Shown: positions 25,219-38,701, counted from the whole stretch's first letter. The stretch is 63,138 nucleotides of DNA, filler included, from Choristocarpus tenellus KU-1152 (GCA_964200185.2; 4 parts of 4 records of this genome joined end to end with filler, not necessarily neighbours in it); one strand, 5' to 3'. Translations and numbers: made by a program. The notes: generated by a model not told the origin, from the sequence alone.

Positions 25219-25899
25219 TTACCGTGTACCTCCTGCACGCACTTTGACGAATTTCGTGCACAGTGGAGGCTGCTACCTCACGCCTAGAACTACCACAGAC
25301 AGGACAGGCCAATTTGGTAAGGGTTTTGGCCATGATCCTTGCATAAATGGTTGTATATTACAATAAATAATATTCATTGCTATGCGCCTCATACATTGAG
25401 TTGCAGGAGGGCGGGAAGAATAGAAGAACTAGAGTTTTATGCATTCAAGGATGTCCACTGAGCACAAATCATTGACAGTTATTTCGCTTTATACAAATAG
25501 TTTCTAATAATACTGCTGTAGATGTTGGTGGTCTCTATGGTGGGTTGGCTCAAACAACATCATACTAAGGAACACAGGTATTAGCGGAACAAATGTCAAT
25601 TATCAGGAGTTGACGACTGGGGGCAGAGGATTGATATTACTCTGATTCATGCTACGGGGAAGAGATAAACCAAGAAGAATATAGGGGAAGGAAGAATGTT
25701 CAAGTGTGAGGCCTGTTGGTGAAACAACATGTATGTCTGCAAGAAGGCCATATCACTCACTGCTGCTCTACCAGGGCAGAAATTCATCCATATCGTTTTG
25801 ACAGGTCAGGGGGATACTGCTTGCGAGGGGGGGAGGGTGTCCCATAGCTGCAGTACAGTCCATGCATGCACACTTTTTTTTTTCTCTCAGATAGCTTTG

Positions 25900-27480
25900 G
25901 TAATAGACCAAGTTCAGATAAAACTCACATAGTTGTAGCCATATAGTTGTAGTCGTGCTGAGCGCATCTGAACATGTGTATGAACAACCGTTGCTGCAGT
26001 GCATTCAAAGCTTGCAAATGACATATTTCAGTATGGGCAGGGAAAAAAATATTTGCTGCACCAGAACCACCGAAATCAACCTCTCATTCATGCGAGTTAT
26101 CTTGTGATCTTCCCAACTGAAACCCGGAGTGTTGGAAAGGGCAGTCTTAGTATCAACTGTGAGGTCATTTACTACATCATTGCCTCTGAAAGGAAGGAGA
26201 AACGATCACATCATTACTACAATAGAGAGCGTGTGGTAAGGGAAGATGCTACCATTTCATTCACAACTCATTCTTGATCTTGTGAAGGGGTCGAGGATTC
26301 GAGAACTGATCTTGGAAAGCAACGCCCTACTGTTGATTTCACATCCAGAGGTAGGTATCCCAACGATTAGTAAGATGGTGGCATATAGCACACACATGGT
26401 GTGCTGGATAGTTGTTTGTAGAATAACTGTAAAGCTCAAGTCCTTACTAACTCTGGGTAAACCCAGTTTCGAAATGACGTATTTTGATAATCTCGTAGTC
26501 TACAACTTCCTTCGAATCAGGATGCTCACCATGTTTTAGTGTCGTCCTCCTCATGAAATTATTGGAGTATTTTACCCAGGCATATTACCAAACGTGGTAG
26601 AGCGATTAATCTCGAGGAGGTAGGAGGGTCGGGCTATTAGAAAGGATCTTGAATAACATAATCCTTTTCTATCCATCCGTTCATCACATACTAGCACAGT
26701 TCTTACCAACTAATAAAAGTTGTGGAACAATAATTCGGAGAGTCTTTTCGAACAAATCACAAATCTGTGCAATTTGAGGTACTCACATATTTTCAGTAGA
26801 TTGCAAGAAGGGAGTGGGAGTATGGCACAACCCTTGAATCCATTGTTGTACATTGTCAACTCACTCAAAATACGCCAGAGAATATCTGGGCACAATACAG
26901 CTGGGTCTAGTTTTAAGAACAGGAGATGGGCCTGCAGGGGAACTTAGGTGGGGGTGGAAGGCAAAATAAGCAATTCTGTCGCTTGCTCTCTGCTGATCTT
27001 GGTACTGACGAACGTAACACATATGGGCTCACATGAGCTGCGAACCATCATTTCGTCTCCTCATTCTTCAAAGAAGCGAATATATCTTCGACTGTAGCAA
27101 TGAGGGCAAAGTATACACTATGACATCCCAGTGTGATCTCAGTAATGCCAAGGTTGATCACCCATGGCACATTCAATAGCTGTGCATCGCAAGATATGTC
27201 CATCTCTTCGCCGGATAGCTTCCGAGCATTACGGTGCGAGACCTCACCATGAGATTGAACCAAAACTGAAGGTTGTAAGGAGAACTCATACAACGATAGT
27301 TTGGCCGTGTGATCTGGTCATGAGGAGTCTGCTTGGCAGTTATTCTGTCGTAGCGATTGCGCAAGGGGTTCGTTTGGACTCACCACTTCGAAAGCAAGTT
27401 TCGAGAACTGTTACCATAGAGCATCCTCCACCCTCTCCGCCTTCTGACATCATCATCACCACACGAGATGGACTCAGGCG
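25900..27480 (-). mobile_element. Highly decayed retroelement relic, possibly Ty1/Copia gag-protease/pre-integrase region
   Basis: Broken frames with weak motif echoes (EETK*WFAAHVSP; GCAILPLPSCNLL; LEINRSTTFG). Many stops and frameshifts. Confidence 0.35.
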
Positions 27481-27680
27481 TTGATCTTTGGGTATGGTTC
27501 GCGACAAAGGTTCTTTCTTCGACCTTGAGATATCACCTTACAGCAAAGACTTTCCTTGAGACGCATGAAATACACCTATGTGAACGGGATGACATGAAAT
27601 TGCATTGTTACAAGTCAGGAATACAGTAGGTGCCCCGATTTGTTCACCCATGGGCATGCCCGAAAAAAGCGGTACAGAAT

Positions 27681-27780
27681 NNNNNNNNNNNNNNNNNNNN
27701 NNNNNNNNNNNNNNNNNNNNNNNNTTAATTAATTAANNNNNNNNNNNNNNNNNNNNNNNNNNNNNNNNNNNNNNNNNNNN
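27681..27780. other. Artificial contig spacer (N-TTAATTAATTAA-N)
   Basis: ~100-bp N-flanked linker with stops in all six frames; occurs three times. Confidence 0.97.
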
Positions 27781-28020
27781 GTATATGGTCTGGAAAGATT
27801 GTGCGTTTGATAAAGGCACTCTATGGCACCACATAGGCAAGCAGAGAGTTTAATAATCTGTTGTTGCACGTTTTGGAACAGTGTGAGCAACACGCATCAT
27901 TATTGTAAGCAATACGCACTTCATAGTTTTTCTTTTTGTGTCCCCTAACCTGTATGCTGCTTCTTCTCACAATAGCATCTACAAAATGTCAGTGGGCGTA
28001 TATTAAGGCTCAAAGTAAGC

Positions 28021-28249
28021 GAGAGGTACCCAGGGATGCATTTTAAGGACGCTGACAAATATGTGTAAATTTCGGTATTTTGTACAAACAATATAGGGAA
28101 GTTTCTAAATTCTGTCGAAAGCTTTCAAACAGCAGAGAAATCAACACTCTCGAATCATTTTTAATACTTCATCCATACAAACATAGGCAAATCACAGAAC
28201 GTTAGTGGGTGGCTTAAAATGCAAAACGGCCAAAACCTGGGTACCTCTC
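28021..28249. mobile_element. MITE family C, copy 2
   Basis: Perfect TIR GAGAGGTACCCAGG / CCTGGGTACCTCTC; internal similarity to 8919-9155 (AACACTCTC, ACTTCATCCATA, AAAATGCAA). Confidence 0.8.
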
Positions 28250-30748
28250 ATTAACTTTGTCTCTCTGAGATAAGCACGAGTATATTTTATGTGCACACAA
28301 CTATATTATTTTTTGCCTGCTGGCTTTTTACAGGTAGATGATGTTATCAGGGGGGGGGGAAAGAAGCAGCATACAAGGCAGAGAGTACAAAGTACGACTT
28401 ACACTATACTCCGTGTATAGACTTACGTACTGCGTACTACAACTTTTTGTTCCCCTATGCCTCCACCTAATCGCAAAATGACGTGTGTAGTATGTACATC
28501 AACAAATCCCACACGTATCGAAGGGTTGAACCCAATTTCAAAGTTGTGAAAGCCCTAATAATTTTCTTTCCCAATCTACTTAGAGTGTATAACAACTGGG
28601 ACAACGTAGTACTCAACACGATATTATGCCATAGCGCTCGAGATTTTATAAAGAGTGTAACACAGTGTAATTCCTGCAAACACTTCAGTCCAAATCGTAC
28701 CTACCATACATGTTTCAATAGTGTTATGAAACAACATAATATGATGGCTTAACACTACTTTACATTCTCCAAACCTCTACAATATAGCGTACGATTGTGT
28801 TGTGGTGTATCACAATAACATTACGACTTCACACTGCTGAACACTATCCAAAATTTTATTATGGTACATTGTTTTCATCACTCACTACGTAAACAAATAT
28901 ACCCCAGAGAAAAGACTGACAAACACCCGTCAAATGACTGCATGCCTAACACTTTATGGACTTAACACGATCCACAAGGAGACACCACTCTGGATAGTCC
29001 TGGAAGAGAGGGACATGGCGTCCACCTCTCTTAGTTTTGTCGCTCTGTATAATGGAGTCCTGTATTCCACACAAAATCAGGTTCCAGAGGGAAGGGTCAT
29101 CGAAGCATTTGTGTGTGTTCCAATGCTTAATATTGTGAGACAGATTGTGCATGAAGTTAATAGCCTTAACTGCTCCTCAAAATTCTACTTTAAAATTACC
29201 AAGCAGCTGGTTTCTTAAAACACCAAATCGATTGTTCAGGGACAACTTCAGCGATATTTCCACCTACGACGGACCATATACTGCCAGCTGTTGATGCGAT
29301 GCTTCCTCCTGACTGAGATGGTTCGTGGGGGGATAGGTGTTTTGTTTTGATCTTTAGGAAGGAGTCCCGCGCAGTGTCCGCACTGCATGACATGCTTGCC
29401 AAGCAGTAAAAGTGATTGAGTCAGAGGTAGCACATTTACTGGTGCTTCCTTTGATATAACGCCCCAGTCATGTGTGGGCAAGAGATTCATGTTCTTTGCT
29501 GGCACTTTCGAACTCAGAATAAAATCCACCTGGAGGTAGGTATTAAGTAAGCAATTTCCCCTCATCTGATGATCTCACTAACGTTTGAACAATGATAACT
29601 TGCTGCTACTAGTGGCAACCCATTTCCTGAGCCATCAGCCGGGACCGCTTGAATGATGGAGATCATTAGCAGTGCTGCTGCTCATGGGGGAAGCGACAAA
29701 CAGAATCTCCTCAACCAACACATCCTATGGCAAACAGCGTTGGTATCTGTGCTGCCTTCCTCTGCCATATATAGCTGGGAATGAAACATTGTGCTACTAC
29801 CACAAGTCAGCTGACTTCACTGTGTCTCAGCGCTTCACGATTTTGCGGTGCTTGGTTTCAAATCAGTCATATATATGATGATGATGAAGATGTGTGCAAT
29901 GGTAATGGTGGTGTCATTGTGATTTGTTCTGTTATAATACAGATCTCAAAGCTACCCCAGCCATGTACTCAGAACAAAACCTATTTTGCATGCCATGTAC
30001 CCACCATTGTTAAGTTGAAGCATGCTTAAGCCAAAGTGTAACATTACTGGCTGTTATACGGCACCAAATGTATTGGCAATAGTATCACATATTGCGTTTT
30101 GGCTTACTATATGTACGTATGACGGAAGGACAACAAACATTATACCTGTAACACTTCACTACTCCATGACATATGTGACACCATGTGTTAAAGAAGCTGA
30201 TGTTCACAAGACTTGTGTATATTAATGATTTGATCAATTCCTTAATGGGTTGGAGAGGTTGTAGATGAAGTAAGGAGAAAGGAGGAATGACGTCTCAAGC
30301 CCGAAGGGGGGGGGTTGTCCTTGCCATTAAATCAATCCTATTCCGTGAATAACTAATCAACCTAATCGCAAATTACTTGCTACAAAGTTTTCGCTTCCTG
30401 AACTCTTCCATACTCTAATTCATTGACCCATACACATCTTCTATTCTTCAGATCACAAACATGATCTCTTCCATCCTTGTATTGTTTCTTACAGAATCTG
30501 CTTCTACACATTAATATTAAGCACATTCTTGACACAATGTAATGCCCAATGCACTTGCATAAGACTGGCATAAGACTGGCATATTCGAAACACTATGTAG
30601 TGCTCGTGATGTAAGCAATACAGACTCTATTGTTGTTTGAGTTTGATATACTCTTTGCCTCGTATGTTTACTCTTTTACTCTTCTCTTCTCTTCTTCTCT
30701 CCTTTACAACCCCTGCAAAATGTCAGTGGGATGGATACTATATTTATA

Positions 30749-31210
30749 AGGCCCATAACACTCCGTCAAGCTCAAAAGAGACAGACGTCGATAATGTTCA
30801 GTGAAATATCAAAATATAAATTGTTTCAACGTTGTTTCAAGAGGGTATTTGTGATGAAACAATTTTTTTTCAAATATTATTTTCTTTTTAACTATCAACA
30901 CCATTCAGAACAATAGTGATGGTGCGTACTATTCACATGTAAAATACGCTACTAACCATGCCTACTATGTGTATTCTCAAGGCCCGTAACACTCCATCAA
31001 GCTCAAAAGAGACAGACATCGACAATGTTTTGCGAAATATCAAAATATAAATTGTTTCAACGTTGTTTCAAGAGGGTATTTGTGGTGAAACAAAAATGTT
31101 TCAAATATTATTTTCTTTTTAACTATCAACACCATTCAGAACAATAGTGATGGTGCGTACTATTCACATGTAAAATATGCTACTAACCATGCCTACTATG
31201 TGTATTCTCA
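30749..31210 (+). repeat. Near-identical tandem duplication, 2 x 231 bp
   Basis: AGGCCC(A/G)TAACACTCC starts at 30749 and 30980; both units end ...CCTACTATGTGTATTCTCA. Confidence 0.95.
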
Positions 31211-32029
31211 GTCAAATGATATCTTCCCAAGAGATGAATCAGATTGTGTGTGTGGAGGGGGGCATCGGATTCATCATGAAGAGTGGACCCTGTTGGACAT
31301 GTCGATGCTAGTAATCCGCCGAGTGTAACCCTTGCACAAGTCAAAACGGAGAGGTCTTCCATACTTTAGTTGGTGCTATCTGATAGGCGAACACAACTTG
31401 CTTCGACACATTGACACGTTTCTTTACAACACGACTTTCCTCCCTCTATTACTTTGTTTTTAGTGAGTGTACTCATTGTCACCGTTGCAAATAATGCATC
31501 TAAAAAATGCTCCGGACTTTTTAGCGAGTGTGATAATCTGTCACACTCACGATAATTATGTTTTAGAGTATCTAGAACTTAGGTTCCAAGACTGAATACT
31601 ATACCTACTCACTAATTTCGTGTTTTCAATGGTGTTAGTAGCTACTCAGGAGTAGATATTACCACAATGTCTGGACAAGACAGTGGAGTAGAGAACTCTC
31701 TCTCCGGAGGTATTGATTCCAGCGAGATCTCTTTTTGTAGGGGTGTATCCGAGTGAGGTTCTCAACTTTGGGATTTTCCCATTTTGGCCTTCTGTCAGCT
31801 CATATTTTTCCCCTGACCTTATTACTCCAGTCATCCGAATGGTGGTCACACCAGCCCATCCAATCTTACCTTGTCCACACGATTACATCCGCCATGGCCC
31901 ATCATGGTCTGTCATGGTCCGTCATGACCCGTTTCCAGACTGGTGAATATCTTAACCTCCTTCATCTGACCGCTTGAACCATTCCGCCTTGAGGATCACA
32001 TGATGATCCATGTCAACATTGCACACCTT

Positions 32030-32268
32030 AGACAACATGACCAAAAACTATGGTGTCACAACTACTCCTATAACCAGTTTATATTATTTTATCCTTTGAC
32101 ATTTTGCACATGTGTCAGGGAAAAAGCCAGTTCAATATCATAGGAACCCCCGTAAACATTGAAGTTGTTGTAAATGTGAAAGATATATCTCTAAAATATT
32201 TTTTCCTATTTGACTACCAGCTACACTACACCACTCCCCTGCTACGCCTCTGACCTAGCTTAGCCCTA
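32030..32268 (-). repeat. Left arm of a degenerate long inverted repeat (partner 42462-42785)
   Basis: The reverse complement (AGGGCTAAGCTAGGTCAGAGGCGTAGCA...GGAGTGGTGTAGTGTAGCTGGTAGT...CTTTCACATTTA...GGGGGTTCCTATGATATTG) matches the plus strand at 42462-42665. Confidence 0.75.
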
Positions 32269-32339
32269 CACCACAGGGCGAGGAGCTAGGCAAGGATCAC
32301 AAGAATCTGACAGGTCCCTCTTTACCCATCTCCCCGGTG

Positions 32340-34290
32340 TCTCCACTTAAAACGCATGATACGTTTTGATAGGGCTACTTGTGTTGTGACAAACACTATA
32401 TGTCATAAACCGGATTTGACAGCTCCTTTCCTGCTGTAGCCTCCCCTCCCGCCCCTCTCCCCCCTACCACACGCGTAGCCAACTCATCCAGAAAATTTCT
32501 GCTTGCTTACTAAGGTGCCCAAAACTTTCCACCGTGAAAGTGTTGAGGCTAAAAATATGAGGGTCAAAAGAACCCCTGTAGTGGGTGCGCTTTCATGCCT
32601 CAGCTGCAGCAGCAGCTACACCATTGCTGGTGGATGAGTGGGGTAGATGGGAGGTTGCTTGCACTTCTGCAAATGTAACATCCAGGAGGAGTCATTTGTC
32701 CTGGTAAGGAGGTGATCCGGTGTCTGCCAGCATGGAAGACCACATCCATACGGAAAATTCGGTCCACTGTGAATAGGCTACCGTCCTCCACAGTGCAAGA
32801 GATGCCCATTCCTTTGCAGAGTTGGCCTAAATTATTAACCATCAGTGTGTGTTGGCAGACCTGTCCCCCTGCCCTAGGGGAGGTACGAGCATGTCTAGTG
32901 TCAACATTATGCCTCCTGCACCCAGCTACTGGGCACCTGTTGGATAAGTCTCCTCCCTAGAGATCTGATGGCAGTAAGACTAAACTATATGGGAGGGATC
33001 TGGTGAGCTGGTTCTAGGAATTGTGTGGAGGCCCGTGCACATGCCCCATGTCCACACTGACTCCGGTGGTGGGCCAGGGCTGGCGAAGAACATTCCCTCC
33101 CTTGTTTTGCATTGTCTGGTAATTTGGCCAATTGACTTCGAAAAGAGTCAAACTGGATCCTTGTAATCCTGGCATCATGGGCTACTAGAGTGTGGACCTC
33201 TGGGGCAGGTGTAGGGGTTGTTGTTCCCCCCCAGCCTACCCAGCCTTGGCCAATAACTCCCGCCAAGTCTTCTGAAGGGACTCCTGTCGATAGGAGGGTG
33301 TGGTTGGATAATCCCAGGCCCCTAACTGTGGGGTTCGTACAAATGACTTGTGAGAAAGACTCTCCATGAGGCCCTTGTTGGCTTGATAAAAGGGTGGGGA
33401 GAGTGACCAAAAGTGATCGTACAAAGGCTACATGCTGGCGATGTGTCATAAAGGATAGACCTAAATGATGAGGACTTGTGGGCATTTGTGTTTGTAATTC
33501 TGGGTATGTTTCCAGGAGAAGAGACCCATTTTAACACACACCTTCAAAGAAGTCAGAGGCTCCAGCCGAGTCTGCTATCTACATTATCTTCTCTAGCGTC
33601 CACAGCAAGGTGTTGTCCGCTTTTTCCACAGTGGAGAGTGCCAGGTGGGGGGGAGTGACCCATACCAAATAGCCAAAGCCGGAAGAGAGGGACCAGGAGT
33701 TGAGGAGCCAGACAACTTGTTTGTCCTTTATCTCGCTCAGGTGCGTGGCCAGCATTCGTGACCCAGAGCTCTCAATCACCTGAGCCACGTGGGCTTGGAT
33801 AAATTTGTCTGCTCCCACCGGAGCCCCTAGTGTAACAAACCACTTGGGTCCAGGGCAAGGTTGATTCCCGCTGTGGTCAGAAGTTATAGTTCTAAGTGCG
33901 TGGGCTGGTGGTCCTGAGGAGGTGCAGCAAAGATCTTGTCCATGTTGAGGGCGATGCCTACCTTGCGTAGATCGGTTTTCAGCTGTTCAATAGCAGCTAT
34001 TGTAGTACGGTTAATCAGAAATGGATGTGTAATCGAGATAACTTCAGGAGGAGACCCCCTGGGATCCAAAGATAGATTGGACTCATTGTAGGGTTTTGTT
34101 GGTTGCCATGCAATATAGGAGGGGTTCAAGGGGGTTCCCTTATTGTTCCCCTGACCTTGATGGCATCATCTTCATCCCTCCCTCATATAGCGAAAAGTGT
34201 TTGTGGATAGTGCTGCTGATACACTATATACACCACCAGTGGAGGGAACGTAGAGCCAGATATATGTTTTCCATATATTTCAGTTGAGGT
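32340..34290 (-). mobile_element. Degenerate CRE-like non-LTR retrotransposon, 3' part: RT C-half, CCHC finger, restriction-like endonuclease (RLE)
   Basis: Minus-strand motifs: PSRSGEQ*GNPL (GxxQGDPL), SYLDY (YLDD), FVTLGAPVG, CPVAGCRRHNVDTRHARTS, FRMDVV, KRTHY, FTVESFGHLSKQAENFLDELA, VTTQVALSKRI. Multiple stops and frameshifts. Confidence 0.85.
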
Positions 34291-34370
34291 CTACCCAACG
34301 TTCATGTATTGTAGGAACTTGGTATTAGATTATCAGTTAATATATCATATGTACCACGTATGATACATAG

Positions 34371-34782
34371 TGTGGAAGTGTCAAGGGTGTCAAGTTCTCT
34401 ACTCAAGGGGGCAATCACAATCACCGGAGTGAACTCTTTCACCTCAGAGGGTGAGACCAAGTTTCAAAGGTCTTGACTCAACATCTCAGAACAGATGAGG
34501 AAATCCAGAACAGAACAAAAACCGCAAAACACAACAGATGTTCCCGAATGACTGAGCAATTTCACAGCAAAGAAATGGATCCGTTAGAATCGGAATGGTT
34601 CTTCGTTCTGACAGTCCGTTTGGCTGTTTGGTCAAATCCGGATCTTATGGGTGTGGTTTATTGGACTGGTTGGTATGGGTGAGCTCCAATGACGTGGTTG
34701 GCGGGCACAATTGTGTATGACCGCACGTCTTATGCACAAGCGTGTGTGTCGGAGATCCCAAAAAAGGAACCTGTCCCTGACA
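34371..34782 (-). repeat. 3' LTR
   Basis: TG...CA termini (plus strand TGTGGAAG...CCTGACA); direct repeat of 40965-41375; PPT adjacent. Confidence 0.95.
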
Positions 34783-34794
34783 TTGCCCCCTCCC
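34783..34794 (-). promoter_or_regulatory. Polypurine tract
   Basis: Minus strand GGGAGGGGGCAA immediately precedes the 3' LTR. Confidence 0.85.
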
Positions 34795-35696
34795 AGTGTG
34801 GATACTATCCGACACGAATACAAAAGTGACTGGTCAGCAGGTCCGTCTTTGGGAGGAAAAAAAAGAAAAGAAACATCCTGGCTGTATCAACTCAGGGTAG
34901 AAAATAAAAGGTGGAGCACTAGTGGTGATCAGCCCTAAGTCGCACTCTAGTCCAAGTGAAATCTGTGTTAATGGGTGGAAAGCATAGTGAGAATAATGGT
35001 ATGGACCAGCCTATCTGTCTCCTACGTGTCTCCCGCGGTCTGAGTGGATGAAGCTCAGTATCACCACAGCTTTGGTACATCAAGTCGTCTATTGGGGGAT
35101 GTTGTGGGGATAGTGTCAAGGGTGGGTAAAACTCATCATCCCGTACTATCACGTCTTCTTCAACAACTTACCTCCAAGGTGCTTGGACAATCAGTAAGTT
35201 GGACTGTTAATTTTTTTATTATATGTGAACAGTTTGTTTAAAAGAAATAATGAAGTAAAATATTATACCTGAGGTAAATAATATTTTGAAAGGTATGCAT
35301 GCTTCTCACAGAGAACCAACCTGTGTTTGTTTCTGAATGAGAGCAGTCTTTCTGCTTCGCGAGACTCAAGTCGCTAACTAGATCAGCTCTGAAAATACCA
35401 CCCAGACTGAGCCTAGTTATGGTCTTCAAGAATCTATCGGCATCGCTTCCGCCATCTTGGTAGTGAAAAAGAAACATCTTCTCAATCTATGGAATCTGGT
35501 GGCAACTCACCAGGCCGGCAACCCACTAGAATCAAGGAATTCATCACTCTTTCCAGTCCACAAGGAGGGTTGTCAGAAGTATTAGAGGAGGCGTGGTTGC
35601 TATTAGGTGGACATCCGGTTGGCGGTAATACAAGTTCTTCGGCTGTTGTAGTGGCAGGTATCTTTTGATTATGACAAGTCGCTTGGTCAGTGGCTC

Positions 35697-37020
35697 TTAC
35701 AATAGGGAGGTCCAACTTGTTCTCATCCCTATAGGCTGCAATCCTCTCCGCACATTCAGGTATTTCAGCAGGTTTGCATCACTGGATGGTGAATATCCCT
35801 GAAAGTGAAGCCGGTACATATAGTTGCGGGTGGTCTTTCTTCCTACCACACGTTTATGATCAACATTGCCCTCTACATTGAAATATCCAATAGTTGGCTG
35901 TGTCTTTGACCCCTGATCAAGATCCGGTTCAGGTAAGATCTGGCCTAAAAAGAGTGAATTAAGAGCATCTATATCTGGTTCGGTGGCTTTACCCTCCTTG
36001 TAGGTTTTAAATCTGGCCAGATGAACTGTCACTTCCTGTCGATCTTCCAAGCGTCTTACGCGATATACAACAGGTGTTATACGTGCCTTCACTTCATAAG
36101 GTCCTCTCCATGGGAACAACAACTTGGGGTTTGGTGCATCAGCTGAAGTATGTGGTTTGTGAAACCACACTATATCTCTGGGTTCGTATAGTGGGAGATT
36201 ATGGTTCACGTTCTTCGATTCATTCCTTAGAACCATTTCACCAATATTACGCCGGCCTATTTCATACGCTAGCTGTAAATTCTCCACTGTTTTCATACTG
36301 TATTATTGTACAGTTATGGGGGTGGCCTCACCAAAATAAGATCAATTGGAAAAATTGGGCGCCTCCCAAACATGAGAAAAAATGGGGTTTCTTGAACAGT
36401 GGCATTGTAGGCTGTATTATGTGCTAGCTGGACAAAGGGCAATAATGAGGCCCAGTCAGATTGGTCCATATTTGAATACATGGCCAGCACACCATGCATT
36501 GTAGAATGAATACGTTCACATATGCTATTGCCTTGCGATTGATATGCTGTTGTCTTGGTTTTATGATATCCATACACTTTATGCAACTCAGCCAGGAGAT
36601 ATTTATCAAATTCTTTGCCTTGGTCAGAGTGGAGTGTTTCAGGAGGACCAAAGGCGGAAAAAATACGGTCGACGAGAGCCTTAGCCATAGTTTTTTCTTG
36701 CTTGTTTGCAATGACAACCAAGATTGCGAATCTTGCAAGATGGTCTACAGCGGATAACACATATTTTGCACCATCTGACGTGGTCTTATATTTAACTAGG
36801 TCAATACCAAGTCGTTGAAATGGATTTGTGAGAGGCATATGTCCTGTTGGTAGTGGGGTGAGAGTGTGCGAGGTCTTACGCCTTTGACAGGACTGGCAAG
36901 ACTCACACTACTTCCTCACGTCTTTATGTAAGGTTGGCCACCAAAATCTATTGCCAACCCGGTCAAAGGTGTGTTTAAAGCAAGATGGCTGGCAACTTTA
37001 TGGTCATGTAGGGCGTGCAA
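35697..37020 (-). pseudogene. Gypsy integrase (zinc-binding region, DDE core, GPY motif) with C-terminal chromodomain
   Basis: PFQRLGIDLV, LHSDQGKEF, QGNSICER, TPFFLMFGR, WRGPYEV, then FNVEGNVDHKR...YMYRLHFQGYSPSSD. Confidence 0.92.
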
Positions 37021-37257
37021 AATTAAACCCTGAACCTCCGTTGGGCTACTAACTGATCTCAAAATTCTCCGTTTTTTTGAAAGTGACCAGGTTGATACGA
37101 CTGGTAGAGTAAAAGTCTATTTTCTCGTTTTTGAGTGAAAAAATATGACATGGTGTAGGCTATTTCCTTAGCGGGTAATGCTGTATTGCTTGGGTCTACC
37201 AGGTATTGAAATTAAGCTTCAAACTGCTCATGTTAGGCCTTGGCTAGAACTTCCGTA

Positions 37258-38696
37258 TCAATTACAGGAAACACATTGATGGAGCTTGCAAGAGCTCAGA
37301 GCCATTTGCCACTTTAGTAAATTCACTTCGTCGATCCACAGACAATTCATAGGCAAGGTATACCTTGCTTGAGAACTTGCATCAGTGGTTTTTGTGCCCA
37401 CATTTCGACATATAGGGATTAGGGGTGCTGGTTCAGATTCATGTTTACAAAATTCTTCCAGTTGGGGACGTGACAACATATCTGGGATGTAATGTAATCT
37501 ACCAGGCTTATGAAGGACGGTAAAATCCAAACTTTGCAAAGCTAAGGCCCATCGAGTAAACAGATTGGACGTATCTTGCCTCGTATGCAGCCACCGTAAG
37601 GCTGAATGGTCACTAATAACTGTGAAATGTTTACCCCAAATATATTGTCTCCAATGTTGGATTGCCAGAATAACTGCAAGGCACTCTTTTTGTGTGGCAG
37701 AATATTTACATTGGGAGGGGGAAAGTAAGGCACTATGGTATGGAATTATATCGAAATTGTCTTCTTCATTTTTATGTGCTAAAAACGCCCCTGTCCCAAT
37801 ATTACTGGCATCAATATGAATAAATAATTCCTTAGAAAAATCAGGAAAGTGTAGCATGGAGCACTAGATAAAAGTCGTTTGCATCTGTCAAAAGCAGTCT
37901 GTTGTGGTCAATTCCATCTAGATAAGATATCCTTGTAGTCTTGCTTTGCTCGTTTTACTGAGGTGTTCTCTTTTTGTGAATTTCCTTTCTGTGTATGGCG
38001 AATCAATTCAACCAACAGTTCTGTTGCTATTGCTAGGTGACGAATATACTTCCTAACAAAGTCCATTGAACCTAAAAACGATTGTAAGCCTTTCACAGTT
38101 TGAGGAGGATGCATATATGCTTCAACACGAGCTTGTAGGCTAACATCATGTCCCAAATACTGGATTTGTTTTGAGCCAAATTGAGCCTTGGACGGCTTTA
38201 ACGCAATCCCTACATCTTGTAACATTGACAAAACTGTAGTGATCAACTGTTTATGGTGTGTCCATGATGGAGAGGCCAAACAATATCATCTAAATATACC
38301 AACAACCCTGAGCTAGGACCGATACTGGAAAAGGTTTCAGACATAGAGCGTTGGAAGATCCACCATGGTGTATTTTGTACTCCAAATGGTAACCTCTGAA
38401 TCTCATATTTCCCATCCGGCGTGATGAAAAGCAGTTTTTGGTCGTTCGCATTCATCAGTGATCGGTAGTTGCCAGTAGGCTGATTGAATATCTAAACAAG
38501 ATACATATTTTGAACCCCCCAATGTGGATAAGCACTCATCCATGGATGGTAAAGGCCATGAACTATGTATCAAATGTTTATTTATGGTTCCTCTAAAATC
38601 CACACAAAATCGAGGTGGTCCATCAGGTTTGGCAACAATGGTAATAGGGGATGCCCATGGGCTAGATGAGGGTTTTATAATACCCTGATTCTCCAT
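37258..38696 (-). pseudogene. Gypsy reverse transcriptase and RNase H (frameshifted)
   Basis: SSSPWASPITIV, PRFCVDFR, LDIQSAYWQ, KTAF, RLPFG, VYLDDI, YLGH, IDASNIGTGA, YSATQKECLA, SDHSALRWL. Confidence 0.95.
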
Positions 38697-38701
38697 ATCA
38701 G

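Noticed and set aside
27725-27736. TTAATTAATTAA as a conserved biological motif
   Set aside because: Always embedded in N runs; assembly linker.
28467-29565. Cluster of short ORFs on both strands
   Set aside because: No recognisable motifs; cannot distinguish from decayed repeat or random sequence.
34473-34682. ORF MTQHLRTDEEIQNRTKT..., repeated at 41067 and partly at 571
   Set aside because: Lies inside the LTRs, antisense to the element, with different lengths and frames in each copy; repetition reflects LTR duplication.
34371-34782. Hairpins in the LTR (GTCAGAA...TTCTGAC) as a possible hammerhead ribozyme
   Set aside because: No CUGANGA plus GAAA core with proper stems found on either strand.
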